This document shows, in pieces, positions 12,546 through 26,056 of a stretch of 64,000 bases of DNA. The stretch lies in the NCBI GenBank assembly GCA_038087875.1, contig CM076000.1, positions 434,001 to 498,000 on the forward strand, given 5' to 3'. Each line of letters begins with the position of its first letter. The first letter of the stretch is position 1. The DNA comes from Malacoraja senta. Lineage: Eukaryota. The notes under the pieces are model-generated. The model did not search any database, was not told the DNA's origin, and worked only from the letters and a program-made list of their open reading frames with translations. Both the position numbers and the translations under genes were made by a program.

Positions 12546-12934
12546 ACAATGAGACCCAACAAGATGACTATGAAGCTAGTACCACTCGGGTGGGGGAGGG
12601 ACGGAGAGAGAGGGGATGTTAAAGAATTCGATATTCATACTCAATCGGGGAAATTAGTTGATATCTGTAAATTGATATTTTGTTCATCTTTAAATGCAAG
12701 TCTTGATTCATGTATCGCGGGAACAAATAAGCAAATGCAAGATGGTAAATATAAACTACAAATTAACTTCAGAAAATGAAACTTGTAGAGATGAACTTTG
12801 CCCTTCACTTTACAAAGAATAACCTCAGGGATTCTGCAGTAAATGCCACTCAAATACTCTGCAACTTTGGGATAATATTGTTCATGTTCAAATCGATAGG
12901 TAAGTCTTGATTTGTTCAATATAATAATTAGTTC

Positions 12935-13225
12935 AAAGATATAGCATGGACACAGGCCCTTCGGCCCCTCGAGTCCGTGCAGACCATCGATCACCCGTTC
13001 ACACTGGTTCTATGTTATCCCACTTTCTCATCCACTCCCTACACACTAAGGGCCAATTTACAAAGGGCCAATTAACCAACAACCCGCACGTCTTTGGGAT
13101 GTGGGAGGAAACTGGAGCACCCTGGAGGAAACCCATGCGGTCACAGGGAGAACGTGCAAACTCCACACAGACAGCACCCGAGACCAGGATGGAACCCGGG
13201 TCTCCGGCGCTGTGGGGCATTAATT
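12935..13225 (-). mobile_element. V-SINE/HE1-like SINE, near complete
   Basis: Reverse complement of head (cagcgccggagacccgggttccatcctg), core and tail. Confidence 0.82.
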
Positions 13226-14437
13226 GTAATGCTAATACTTGGGCCTCCGCTGATATGCCGGGATGATTACCCAATACTACTGATTATTAATCCATTGTAT
13301 TATTGATTATATATGTTGCGCCCGTTCTCCTTTATCTGTACATTCTGAGCGGTTTGCTTGCATTTACCGGATAGCACGCAACAAAAGCTTTTCCCTGTAC
13401 CTCGCTACAGGTGGCAATAGTAAACTAAATCAATCTATTTACAAGTATCTGTGTGTTGTTGCTTTAACCGGCCTGTTAAGGTGCAGCAACTGAGAATGTC
13501 ATTGTTCTGATGTCGCTGCACACAACTAAACACTCTTAACTTCATTCTACACTTGAAATTACCACAATGGCATTTAAACGGCATTTGGACAGGAACACGC
13601 GTAGGAAGGAACTGCAGATGCTGGTTTAAACCGATAGACACCAACTGTTGGAGTAACTCAGCGGGTCAGGCAGCATCTCTGGAGGGAAGGAATGGGTGAT
13701 GTTTCTGGTCGAGACCTTTCTTCAGACTGAAGGTCTGGTTAATTGGCTTGGTATAAGTGTAAATTGTCCCTAGTGTGTGTAGGATAGTGTTAATGTGCGG
13801 GGATCGCTGGTCGGTGTGGACTCGGTGTGCCTGTTTCCGCGCTGTATCTCCAAACTGAACCCTGTCCGGCTAGCAGGGCTGCGTAGGGCCGAGTGCCGGG
13901 ACACGGTGACATCTGGCTCTGTTCTCCACAAAGCCAAACACGTATCGAGCAGTGCCGCAGATCAATGGGCCTCTGGTGCTTGGAGTCGGTCCACAGACAG
14001 AGAGGAAATTGGATGTTACTCCGGCTTTTTGCGTCTATCGGAGACTTGGAGAGTGGGCTGGACAACGAGTGACGCAGCTGGTCATGGCTCCCCTGATCTA
14101 CGCTATTCCCACGACGTATGGGCCTGTCCCACTGAGGCGACTCTTTAGGTGACTGTCAGGGATTAGTTTTACTAGCATTCACCTACGAGACCTCGCGACA
14201 ACCTACGACCAGCTCCGACAGCAAACACTGTAGCCACTGTCGCTTGTAGTCACCCAAAAGATCACCTAAGTGGCGCAGGCCCTTCAGGCTGCGTCTCGGT
14301 GCATCCTGGAGGACAACCAGTGGCTGCTGGAAGTAGGTATCAAGCACTGGGTAGAAACGGTGGAAGATAGTGGCCTTCAAATGGGGGTGGTTGGAGAAAG
14401 CATCCTGCTTGTCTATTAGATTTTCACTTACTGTAAC

Positions 14438-14785
14438 TGCAGGAAAAATGTTCCCAATATTGGAGGAGTTTAGAACCAGGTGTCACAGTTTAAGAATAAA
14501 GGGTAGGCCAGTTAGGACTGAGAAGAGGACAAACCTTCTTCACCCAGAGAGTTGTGAATCTGTGGAATTCTCTGCCACAGAAGGCAGTGGAAGCCAATTC
14601 ACTGGATGTTTTCAAGAGAGTTACATTTAGCTCTTGGGGCTCGCGAAATCAAGGGCTATGGGGAGGAAAAAAAAAACAGGAAAGTGTTTCTGATTTTAGA
14701 TGAACAGCCATGATCATATTGAATGACAGTGCTGCCTCGAAGAGCCGAATGGCCTAATCCTGCACCCATTTTCTATGTTTCTATG
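14438..14785 (+). mobile_element. CR1 3' fragment
   Basis: gcaggaaaaatgttccc...agagagttgtgaatctgtggaattc, ending in a ttctatgtttctatg tail. Confidence 0.8.
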
Positions 14786-14854
14786 CTTGAGTATATGGCA
14801 ATAAAACTCAACCACTTGATTTTGAAGCATTCATGCATGGTGGAGGTATAATGT

Positions 14855-15065
14855 AGTCATAGAGTGATACAGTGTGAAAACAGGCCCTTCGGCGCAACTT
14901 GCCCACACCCGCCAACATGTCCCAGCTCCACTACCTGCTTTTGGTCCATATCTCTCCAAACCTGTCCTATCCATGTATCGGTCTAACTGTTTCTTAAATG
15001 TTGGGATAGTCCCTGCCACAACTACCTCCTCTTGTTCCATAGACACACCACCCTTAAAAAGTTAA
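14855..15065 (-). mobile_element. CR1/HER1 3' UTR fragment
   Basis: Reverse-complement homolog of 190-375. Confidence 0.75.
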
Positions 15066-16581
15066 CTCTTAAAAATACGTCAAACAAATCATACTTCTAC
15101 AATGCACTAAAACACGATTTTAATACATCAAATTTCAAAATGCGAGGCACCCCCCTCCCTCCACTCGGTTGCTCCACTCCCTCGCCGGGTACCCCCAAGG
15201 CCAGTGATCAGTGATCGCTCAGCCTCCCACTTTCAAAAACGCTCTGTGGCCCCCGGTTCAGACAGAGCACTGCCAGATGTGTGGGGGGAACGGAGGCCAG
15301 TTGTCCATGATGTCTGGATCCTAATGCTCAGCGCTTCGTGTTTCGGAGTTGGCTAATGTTATTGATTTGTAATTAGCTTGATTTGTAATTAGTTCACAAA
15401 ACCTTATTTTATTCTTCCGGAATATCCAGGGGGATGGGATACGTGTAATATTGAAATGACATGCAAGATGTCAGGCTGTCTGTCCTAACATACAGCCCTG
15501 ATAACCCATTATTTAGTTCAGTTAAATATTGGGAAGATAGCACTATTGTAATTTGCCACTCAACTATTATGTTTGGTCACCTCAGACTATTTCTAAACCC
15601 ACCCCCCTCCAAATTCCTTTGACAGGATGAATAGAAATGTCCTCAATCTCATCGTTTTATTAATTGAACACGTAGATGAACATCCTCAAGGAGTGTAATC
15701 AGATGGAAACTGATTCAGATGCGATGTTTAAGAGCTTGTTCAAAGAAGGGGCATATTTTAAAGGAGTGACAGAGATACTTGCAAGCGAATGTGTGAGGAA
15801 GTTATTATTTGTCTTTAGTTTTAGCTTGAACCAGGACCTCTGAAGATTCAAAATTTAATATACTAATTGTGCTGATACTGACTCCAACCAACCACGTAAT
15901 GAATATCATCCATTCCGGAGGTTCTATTTTTCTGATGCCATTTAAACGTCACTTGGATTTCAATCACTTCAATGTAAAAGTAATTGGGAATGGAGAGCAT
16001 TGGAACAAAAATTTGCCCTCGGCACATATTAACTATAATTTAATAATGTGTGCATGTTGGTAGATGCAATAAAAACATAGATCTTTTTATCATTGTTGTG
16101 TTATAAATACCACGGAAAACATCATGTACTCTGAAGATCACATTTAATAAAATATTATTGCTAAAATATATAGTTATTGGACTTAGCATTTCGGAAAAGT
16201 CCCAGCTGAGAGGAAGACAGCAAAATACTGGAAATATTGGGGGTGAAAATGACTTCAGGACAGTTTGTTAGGAAAAAGAAGGAAATGGTACCTGAATACT
16301 TATACAGCTGAGTGAGTATAGTTTAATGGATGAGAAATTGTGTTCAACCAATTGATGACTTCTTTGACAAAGTAACTAGCATGTTAGATAACAAGGAAGG
16401 CAATAGATGTAGCAAATTTTGTTATACATAATTTGGTCCGTGAAGTACCCCATAAAAGATTACCACATTAGATAAGCACCTGTGGACTTGAACGTAATGG
16501 TTTAAGTCCTGGGGGGTCAGATATGGGGCTTTATGTGTGGGCAAAATATATTGTCAGTGCAGAGGGGCTAGGAGGAAGGCC

Positions 16582-16800
16582 AAGTGTGCATCCAGAGTCA
16601 AGGCCTGGAATAGTACTAGGTGTGCAGTCAAAGCTGGAACAATGGTAGTGTTCAGCACTGGGAACCTAAGCAGGTAAGCAGCTATGATCAGGGTAGAATA
16701 GGGGCCCAGGTGTAAGGCTGGACTCAGTGTCAGGAATGAGAGAAGGTATGCAACTGGAGTCAGGGTTAGGAGTAGCACCAGGTGTGCAGTGAGACCCAGG
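16582..16800. repeat. Degenerate minisatellite with 36-bp period
   Basis: AGGTGTGCA-like anchors at 16582, 16618, 16672, 16708, 16744 and 16780. Confidence 0.65.
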
Positions 16801-19280
16801 TTGGTCAACATGGGCCAAGTGTTTGATTATAATCGGATTTCCATACATGAATATACTAAGTTCATTCATGAGCTGCGCCTGTTGATCAGAGCCTGGCTCT
16901 ACTGTGGAATGTAATTAGGAATGTAATTTAGCCTAACTTTATTCATAGCTAATCCAATTTAAAGCATAAATATTGCATTCAAGTGTAAGTTAAAAGACTC
17001 ACTACAGTATGCACCAGATTGCACAATTTCAAGCTGAAAACTGCAAAAGCTCCATACCAATGGGATGGGAGGGGGGGGGGGGTCACCACCCCCCCCCCCA
17101 CCTCGGACGCTGCTCGCCCTCGGGCTTTGTCTCGCACAATTTCTCACTCCCAACTCTCACCCAATGTTGGCAGCCCTGACATGCACACTTGGTTTACACA
17201 GCCAAACCTACAGTATTTGGTCTAATCTGCATTGAGCCACAAATAAAACCCAAATAGTAAGTGAAATCTTATACTAGTATGGGTGTCAGAAGTTATGGGG
17301 AGATGGCAGGCGACAGGATGTGCAATATATATGCAAACATAATTTCACTGTGCAGTTGCTTGTGTGACAAATAAAGGGCCATTGAACCTCCACCATGAGA
17401 CCTACTGCTTAAGAATGACATTGAGAATGGGGTTGAGAGAGAAAGATAGTTCAGTCATGATCGAATGGCAGAGTAGACTTGTTGGGCCGAATGGCCCAAT
17501 TCTGCTCCTATAACTAATGAATATGAAATGCAGTCCATCACCAGATTTCATTTCTGCCTGCATTCCATTCATTGATCTTTTGCAAATCTCCAGTACTACA
17601 TTCTGCTGAAATACAAGTACCTTATTTTTGTATTCAAGCCTATTTTTATTCAAGCCTATTTTTGAATGCACAGTGAAAAACAAGGAAATTATCATTCCAC
17701 CTGACCAAAGTCAAAGAGAGCACATTGGAATGGTTGTGTGGACTATTCCAATGGCTGAAATGGTGCCTCAGAGAGTATTATTTTATATTGATGGCCAACT
17801 CAACGTTAATCCCCCTGCCTGCAAATCTTTTTCAAATGTTCAGCCAATACACAAATTATATGACAATAAACTTCTCATTACTGATTTCAGTGTTCGGCCT
17901 GTCTACAATCATTTTACCAAGAAGGATTTGGATAACTATTCCAACCGCTGCCTTTAAACTTGGTTGGGCATTTGACAATTTGTACTCACATTTACAGTTT
18001 TGCTACTGAGCTGCATTGAGACATTTGCTCCGCCAATCTATTTTCTGAAACTTTGTTTGCAGACTTGCTGCACTTCCCGAACAACCTCAGTGACTATTAT
18101 TGGGAAGTTAATCTTTCACCATCAATTTCTCATAATTCGTGCAGTTTTGTGGACAGAGCGTCAGTTTGAGCACGGAACGCTTCGGCTTCAATAATTTACG
18201 ATTCAATCTTTGCCAATAATTGCTGAATTTTGCTGCCCATGTCTTGAATGGTTATTCCAAGATGTGGGCAAAATGTTTAAGAAAGAACTACAGATGCTGG
18301 AAAAATCGAAGGTAGACAAAAATGCTGGAGAAACTCAGCGGGTGAGGCAGCATCTAAGGAGTGAAGGAAGCAAGATGTGGGAAGATCAGCAGCAGTTTAA
18401 TTATTTGCATCCTCATCCATAAGGGGACAGTCTGGCATTGTTCAGCTGCATCTCTGCTTATCTCATGTTGTTCATGGCCATGATCTCGAAGTCTAGTTAT
18501 CTGTCACACAGTTGCTTGTAACACAGATTCTCTACAAAAATTCTTATGCGTCATCTTCGGCCATTTTAGCGTCGTGCAGATTATGTGATTTATGCGGCAC
18601 ACTTTGCCTCTGTGCCGGTGTCTTATTTGAGATTATATTCCTCATTTGCCTCATGTGGCTATTTGTTCTTGAATTCTAACACGAGCAAAACAAGGATTTT
18701 TCCCATAGAATAGTTACTCCAAGGAATCATCGCCCCTTACATGTGTAACAGCGATTCATCTTACACTGTACCCCCCTGGTTTCAGGACCAAAGCCTTGGG
18801 CAATACCATTTGACTGTTGCCCACTGTTTCATTCTATCCCTGACACAGGATGGAATCTCTTTGGAAATCTCCGTTGCCACCTCCTTTGAAGTTGCAATCA
18901 TAAGTGCCCTCAAAGAGTCAAGCACACCCCAATGTTGCATCCGCAGGCACTGCCTCGAGCTCCCTACAGCTTTTCAATTCCCAGACTGTCAAATATTTAA
19001 GCAGGATTGAAATAATTTTTCAATTAAAAAGTGACTGTGGAAATTCATTTGTAACAAATGATTCCAAACAAATAGCAAAATTAAAAAGATAGAAAAAACT
19101 ACATGTAACCTTTGAGTGAAAGTCATCAGTCCGAGTGAGAAAAATTGAACAACGCTAGAGGGGGGGGGGGGGGGTCAGATCACCTTTCCGTTGAGAATGA
19201 TCGCCAACTCCATTGGACTAGGGCATGTGTACCAGGCCAGATCACCGACTCCAGAGAAACTACTTGCCAACTTTGTGTTA

Positions 19281-20042
19281 AGGGCCTGTCCCACTTAGGC
19301 GACTTTTCAGCAGACTGCTGGCGACCAGGCACTCGCCTGAAAAACTGCGAACTGGAACGGCGACTGTCAGAGCAGAACACACACATCGCAAAGGCGGGGG
19401 CCAGGCAAAGCGGGGGAGCTCTTTCTGAAATTCACACGGTGCAAAGCCAAGGTGATACAGACACACACCGCGATGAACAGGAAGGTTAAAGACGGCTAGG
19501 TCGGTGTACGGTAAGTCCTTTAAAAGAGTGGGGGTGGGGGAAGGGGCGAAGAGGGGAGAAGGGGAGGGGGGGGGAGGGAGAGAATGAGTGGAAACACTTT
19601 TAAGAAGCCAGACAACTTAATAAGCCAGAGAGATACACAGCTGTGAAGTTTAGTGGGCATTTAACATGACCGGTTGGTTTTCCTTGGTTCTGAAAACTCG
19701 TGCTTACGTTTTCCTCCCCCCCCCCATGAGCCAATGAAAATGCCCGGTGAGCAAAGGCGATTAACTAAAACTACCTATGGCTACCTCGACTACCTGCAAC
19801 GACATGGCGACCCCACTACCACTGCACCTACGACTACAAAAGTATCTATTTTCTCCATGGCGACCAATGTTTAGTCGCAGAAAAATTTTCAACATGTTGA
19901 AAAATTTGCTGCGACCATACTGAGGCCACGACTAGTTCCCAGAATGCGGGAACTCCTCTCGACCATGAAGGAGACTCACCAGAGACCACCAGCGAACATG
20001 TGGTGAGCGCAGAGTCTCCTGCACCCGCGTAAGTGGGACAGG
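19281..20042. mobile_element. Non-autonomous TIR DNA transposon (PIF/Harbinger- or Kolobok-like)
   Basis: cctgtcccactt at 19285-19296 and aagtgggacagg at 20031-20042, flanked by tta. The same end motif recurs at about 14120 and 21477. Confidence 0.7.
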
Positions 20043-21674
20043 TTAGTGCACTCTGGATTTTCATATCAGCGCAGGTCAGTGCAGAATTATGGAAGGCAGA
20101 GGTCAAGTAAGGGTAGATTTTACTCTTCACTCCTTTGTTAGAACTTTTCATGGGCAAGTGGTAAAAATCTAAATGCGGCTAATCTGAAATTATGGGAAAT
20201 GAAAGGCTGAGCGCAGAAGGTCATCTCTTTTTGAAATGCCTAACATCACAAATGTTTCCTCAACAGGCTGAAATCCACGTCTCTCCCAAGGGTCAGGAAT
20301 GTTGTAACTGACATTAACTAAGTTCTGAACTGGCTAAATGCTTTTGAACAAATACTTCAAAAAGGTTCACCAAAATAAGTCTTCATGGCAGGATTGCTCA
20401 GTCAGGAAACATTAACTCACTGCAATTATCGTCCAAAAGAACTTGTGCCAAATGAGATCTGCTGCAGGAACAGCAACTCCATTCATTTCATTGGAAAGGA
20501 ATGACTGCATTGGAGGACAATAGCTTAAATTCATTGAATACAGAAAAAGTATGTTTTAATGTTTGAATATGTTTAAGATTTTAGTATTTGATTTTTTTAA
20601 AATGTTTATGTTGATTCTTTAATGCTTTAAAAAATAGCTTTTGAATGCTCCCAGTGTCAAAAACTCTCCAAGATGTTAAGAAGTTTGATAGTGAGCTGTG
20701 GCTGGGGATGTGACCGAGTCAGCTGTCCAAGTTTTGTGACCCAGTTCTTTCGTGGTCAAGGCTTGTATAGAACTTCTGGGAGGTCAGATGAAAAAAAGAA
20801 AATAATGCTTCCAGTATCAAAGAAATACATCAATGTTGGGCAATAAGATGGGGATAAAGAAAAGGACACAAAGTGCTGGAGTAACTCAGTAGGTCAGGCT
20901 CCATGTATTCCGTACTCTCCAGGGATGCTGCCTAACCTACAGAGTTACTCCAGCACTTTGTATACTTTTGTGTATTAACCTGCATTTACAGTTCTTTATT
21001 TCTACAGATGGGGGTTATAGATTTAAATGAGAAAGGAAAAACAGCTGGATCCAAATGTGCTTTAATGTCTGTTTCTTTTAAAAATAGCCTCTGGGAATTT
21101 CTGCTTCACAAATCAATTATTCTTACACCAAAGACAAAATGTCTTCACATTAGACAGATCTCATTTAAAAAGGCTTCACCATTTCTAATTGTGACAAAAA
21201 CACAATTGCTATGAATACCAGTGAACTGTGCTCGCCCTGCCCACTTGCATTAACAGCTGTATTTCAGAATGCTAAAATCCATAAGAACACAATAAAAACA
21301 TTCCTTCTTCTGCATGGTGAATATACTGATAATGTTAACCTACGTTTTAGCTAGAAAGCTGCAGATGCCTCTGGCTAACGAGCAATCGCCTCGATAAGGA
21401 GACATTTTTGACAGTTCTTTTTTGGTACGTGCCCGAGTGTAATATGGTTGTGGCTCACACACTGGCAATGAGTTAAGGGCCTGTCCCACTTTCACAACCT
21501 AATTCACAACCTTTTTACCTCGTGGACATTTTTCATCAGGCTAGAAAAAACACCGTCCAGCCAGTCTTGTGTTAAGAATCAGAGTTATTTTGAGCGCAGC
21601 TAACGATTAACCTGCACCTTAAAGACTTCGCTGGACAAGGAGCAAACCAAACACTGACCAACAGTACTAAGTCA

Positions 21675-22575
21675 AAGACAGGCACAAAACGCTGGAGTAA
21701 TTCAGCGGGTCAGGCACCATCTCTGGAGAAAAGGATGTTTCGGGTCGAGACCCTTCTTCAGACGGAGAGTCAGGGGAAAGGGGAACGAGAGATATAGATG
21801 GTACTTAGGAGAAATGAATGGAGGCGGCCTAGGACAGAAAGGTCAGTATGGGAATGGGAAGGGGAGTTAGTGTTTGGCATCTGGGAGATCAGGTAGCCTG
21901 AGGCGACTGAGCGAAGGTGTTCAGTGAAACGATTGCCGAGTCTGTGGTTGGTGTCGCCGATATATAGGAGTTCACAGCTGGAACAGTAGATGAGGTTGGA
22001 GGAGATGCGTGAACCTCTGCCTAACCTGAAAGGACTGATGGGCCCACTGGACAGAGTTGAGGGATGAGGTAAAGGGACAGGTGTTGCATCTTCTGCGGTT
22101 GCAGGGGAAAGTACCTTGGGAGGCGGTGGTTTGGGCAAGAAGGGATGAATTAATTAGGGAGTTGCGAAGGGAACGGTCTCTGCGGAAAGCAGAAAGGGTT
22201 GGAGATGGAAGATGTGACTAGTGGTGGGATCCCGTTGGAGCTGGTGAAAATGTTGGAGGATCATGTGCTGTATGCGATGGCTGATGGAGTGAAAGGTGAG
22301 GACTAGGGGGACTCTGTCCCTGTTGCGACTGGGGGGAGAGGGAGCAAGAGTGGAGCTGCGGTATACTGAGGAGACACGTGTGAGGGCCTCATCTATGATG
22401 GAGGAGGGGAACCCCCATTCCCTAAAGACTGTGGACATTTCAGATGTCCTGGTTTGGAACATCTCATCTTGGGAGCAGATGAGGTGTAGACAGAAGAATT
22501 GGGAGTAGGAGGATAGAGTCTTTGCAGGAGACAGGGTGGGAAGAAGTGTCACCTAGATAGCTGTGAGTCAGTAGG
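21675..22575 (-). mobile_element. Penelope-like element, degenerate RT C-terminus, GIY-YIG and terminal repeat
   Basis: YSQF..L..ICS, RVPLVLTFH, NLIY.C..C.LLYIGDT..RLG.RF.EH; terminal repeat with hammerhead-like core at 21737-21761. Confidence 0.85.
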
Positions 22576-25111
22576 TTTATCCTCTCCGACTACAGTACTA
22601 GGTACCAAATGCACAATTCAACATACCAATTATTTGAAAAACAAAATACATACGAGATGAATGGCTATTTTGAAAACTTGTATAAATGTAAAAGGTTGCA
22701 GATATCTTTAATAGTAAATGAGTGGCTATTTCACTTAAGTGGTAGAAGTGCCAACTATCTTCCGCAATAAAACAACAATTGAACATAGACAAGTTCAAAC
22801 AGTTATAATGCTTTAATTAAATGCCACAGAAATTATTAGTCGATCCACAAAAGTTTGAGATTAGATATCCAACTATTCCACTAACCAGAGAAGTTTCCTG
22901 TCTATGGCTGCAACTGCCTCAGAATTATCTCATAATACAAAATGTTTGGTGAATACCTTTACACTGAAAATGGTTGTGTTAAAGTACATATTACACATGC
23001 TGGCACTGAAGATGTTAATTACACAAAATCAACCTTATTTGGAATAGGGATTTAATGGAGATGGGTGGGGCAAGTATAAAAATCTTTTAAAACTTTTTCT
23101 AATACAAGAGTGGTGGGGGCCTGGAGCACATTACCAGGGGTGGTGGCAGAGCCAGATAGGACAGTGGTGTTTAAGAAGCTTTTAAAAAGGCACGGAATAG
23201 AGGGGTTTGAATCATGTATAGGTAGATGAGATCAGTTTAACTTGGCATTATATTCAGCACAAACTTTGTGGGCTGAAGGGCCCGTTCCTATGCTGTGCTG
23301 TACTGTCCTATGTTCATATTGTGCAGTCTCCTATACACGGCATTTCCAGCATCTGCAGTTCTTTCTTAAACAAACCGTTAATACAATAAATTGAAAAGAT
23401 TTCAGTCATATTTATTTTGCTATTTATGGAACAATTTTCATATCCAAAAAATAAAAGCAGCACCATTATATAGCATTACTTTTTAATGGATAAAGTGAAG
23501 AAAATAGAGCTCCCTCTTGAGGCACGAAATAAACAGTAATATTAAGATGTCTTCAGCCAGCTAGTCACCTTAAAATTACATTTTAATATACCTCACTACA
23601 TTTGCACCATAACGTTCTTGAACACCAACAGATTAGTTTCAAGGTGTATTAACTGTTGTGCAGACAAATGTGACACTATTTTACACAAATCAAAACCTCA
23701 CAACAGCAGTGAACAGCAGTCAGTGTGTTTACACTTCCATGCTCTTGTGCACACACAAGGAATTGCAGTTAACAGGCAGAACTTTCATGAAGAATTTCAG
23801 CTTTTCTCCAATTGCTAGGTAAACATTCTTGAGTTCCCTCCCCGATATCTTCATTTGGCACTCTTAACGAGTTCACTGAAACTCTCCCCACCATCTATCT
23901 ATTCAATGTCCTTTCCAGTCAAATAACAAATATAAGCTGCTTTCTATCTTTGCTCAGATACACCTATTCCAATAATTCACTGCTGCTTCCACTTTAAAAC
24001 TTTAATTGGCGTGCCACTTATGCTGGGAAAAGATGCATCTTTATTTCTGGATTACTAGGCTGTTGGAGGGTAAAACACATTCTATGTACAAATGCCACTG
24101 TTACTATTGTAGAATACCCCTCTCCAGTTTCTCTCAATCCTTGTGACACTTATTTTCTTCAATCAACAGTTACGATGACTCTTCAGCTGGTAACAATTTA
24201 CTTTCTAAGTACAATGCAAGCAATGAGGGAAAAGGGCACCGCGAATGCTTGAACTATTGTCAACTTTTTCCTCAGATGTTTAGATTGCAACTGGACATAT
24301 TCATCAAATAAAATTCATCAAATGACAAATTTGCCGACAGTTGTGCATTAAACAAGCTGCAGCTGATTCCATATATAATGCAACAGAATGCTGACCTCGG
24401 GTGCTGTTCTCCCCGTGACCGGCTGGGTTCCTCACATGCTCCGGTTTCCTCTTGCATCCAAAGGTGTGCAGTTTTGTAAGTTAATTGACCAGGGTTTGCT
24501 GGAAGTGAATGCGAAAGTGGGATAACGCATTGATCTGGCGAGAACTGGCGATTGATGGTCAGCATGAACTTAGTGAGCCAAATTAGGGACAAACTCAATG
24601 TGATGCAGTGCTGATAACTAGGTGGAAGATGGCAGTCTGCTAAGAAGTAACATAATAGAAAGAGGTAAAAGGCTAGGTGCTATGATATAAACAGAAACAA
24701 AACCTTTAGCGATGCAGGCTCGAAGGGCCAAATGGCCTCCTCCAGCACCTATTTTCAATGTTTTTTCTAAAATGGTGACAGCCTCAGTTTGCAACGCCTG
24801 CCATAAGCCAGTGATGACTAAAGCTGGGGTGGGTCACCTCGTCAGAGGCAGATATAGTCACAATTAATTTGTCAACTAATAATGAATTTAGGTGAAGAGA
24901 ACACAATTTCAGGGCAAATATTAAAACAGAAAAAATAATAAATAGGGGAAAAATAGAATGAATAACAAAAAAGTGACAGAGGTTTATGCAGGAAGTTGGT
25001 GTTCAATTCACAGAAATTGAAATGATGCAAGACTTTTGCCAGATGGAGAGAACCTTTAGCAGTAAAGCAACAAACACTTGACGGTTTAAAAAAAATCACT
25101 TGCAGCATAAA

Positions 25112-26056
25112 AGTCGTGGCGCCGCGAGTCGGCAGCCTCGCCAGCAGCTGTTCGTCCTTTTTTTTGTTTTCAGTATGTCTAAAAATGTGTTTTAGTGCAT
25201 GTGTGTGTGTTGGGGGTGTGTGTGTGGGGGTGTGGGTGTGGGGGTGTGGGGGTGTGGGGGTGTGTGGGGGTGTGGGGGTGTGTGGGGGTGTGGGGGTGTG
25301 GGGTGTGGGGGTGTGGGGGTGTGGGGGTGTGGGGGTGTGGTGGTAGTGGGGAATAGAGGGAAACAGTTTTTCAGTCGCTTGCCTCGACGGAATGTGACTT
25401 TTCTTCATGTCACATTTTCACCTTCCTCATGGCCTAACAACTTAGATTGGTGCGGCCTCTCCCAGAGTCGGGCCCAGAGCTTCAGCAGCGGGCGCAGCAC
25501 GGACTTTCCATTGTGGAGCCGGGCGCTCCCTTGCCGGAGGTCGCCAGACGAAGTGCACCGATCGCTGGCCCGCGGACTATAACATCCTGAAGCCGCGGTC
25601 TGCGGGGCTTCTAGCCGCGGACGCGATGTGGAGTCTGGGATCCCTCGCTGGTGATCGCCGGAGAAGAGCTCCGACTGCCAGCCTGCAGTCTATAACATCG
25701 TGAAGCCCTGGTCTCCGGTAGGAAGCGGCTGATTCGGGACTTCCAAGCCGCGGAGTGTCCGTCTGTCCCGATGTCAGAGTTTTGAGCATCCCGATGAAAG
25801 GGCCTGTACATCGGGCCGTCCGTAGCGGCGTCTGCGGAGGGTTCATTGTCCCGACCACAGAAGAACAAAGGAGGAGGACTGACTGAATGTTATTGCCTTC
25901 CTCCACGGTGAAGAATGCTGTTTCCACTGTGGTGGATGTTCATGTTGTATTCTATTGTGTATTGTGTTCTTTTTGATTGTATGGCTGTATGGTAAGTCAA
26001 ATTCCACTGTACCTTAATTGGTGCATGTGGCAATAAATGTGAACTTGAACTTGAAG
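25112..26056 (+). mobile_element. CpG-rich non-coding retro-element with a (CTTGAA)n LINE-type tail and an internal GT minisatellite
   Basis: 3' portion (ttattgccttcc..cac.gtg..gaatg...gtggatgtt.atgtt...aataaa) recurs at about 33145, 42640, 48000 and 62985. Confidence 0.6.
25198..25345. repeat. (GGGGGTGT)n-type G-rich minisatellite
   Basis: More than a dozen G4-G5 tracts separated by tgt/tgtgt. Confidence 0.9.

Noticed and set aside
16582..16800. CRISPR-like repeat/spacer array
   Set aside because: Eukaryotic context, anchors only about 9 bp and degenerate, intervening sequences mutually similar, no cas genes.
24872..25582. His/Pro/Thr-rich and Gly/Val/Cys-rich ORFs
   Set aside because: They are translations of the GT-rich minisatellite.
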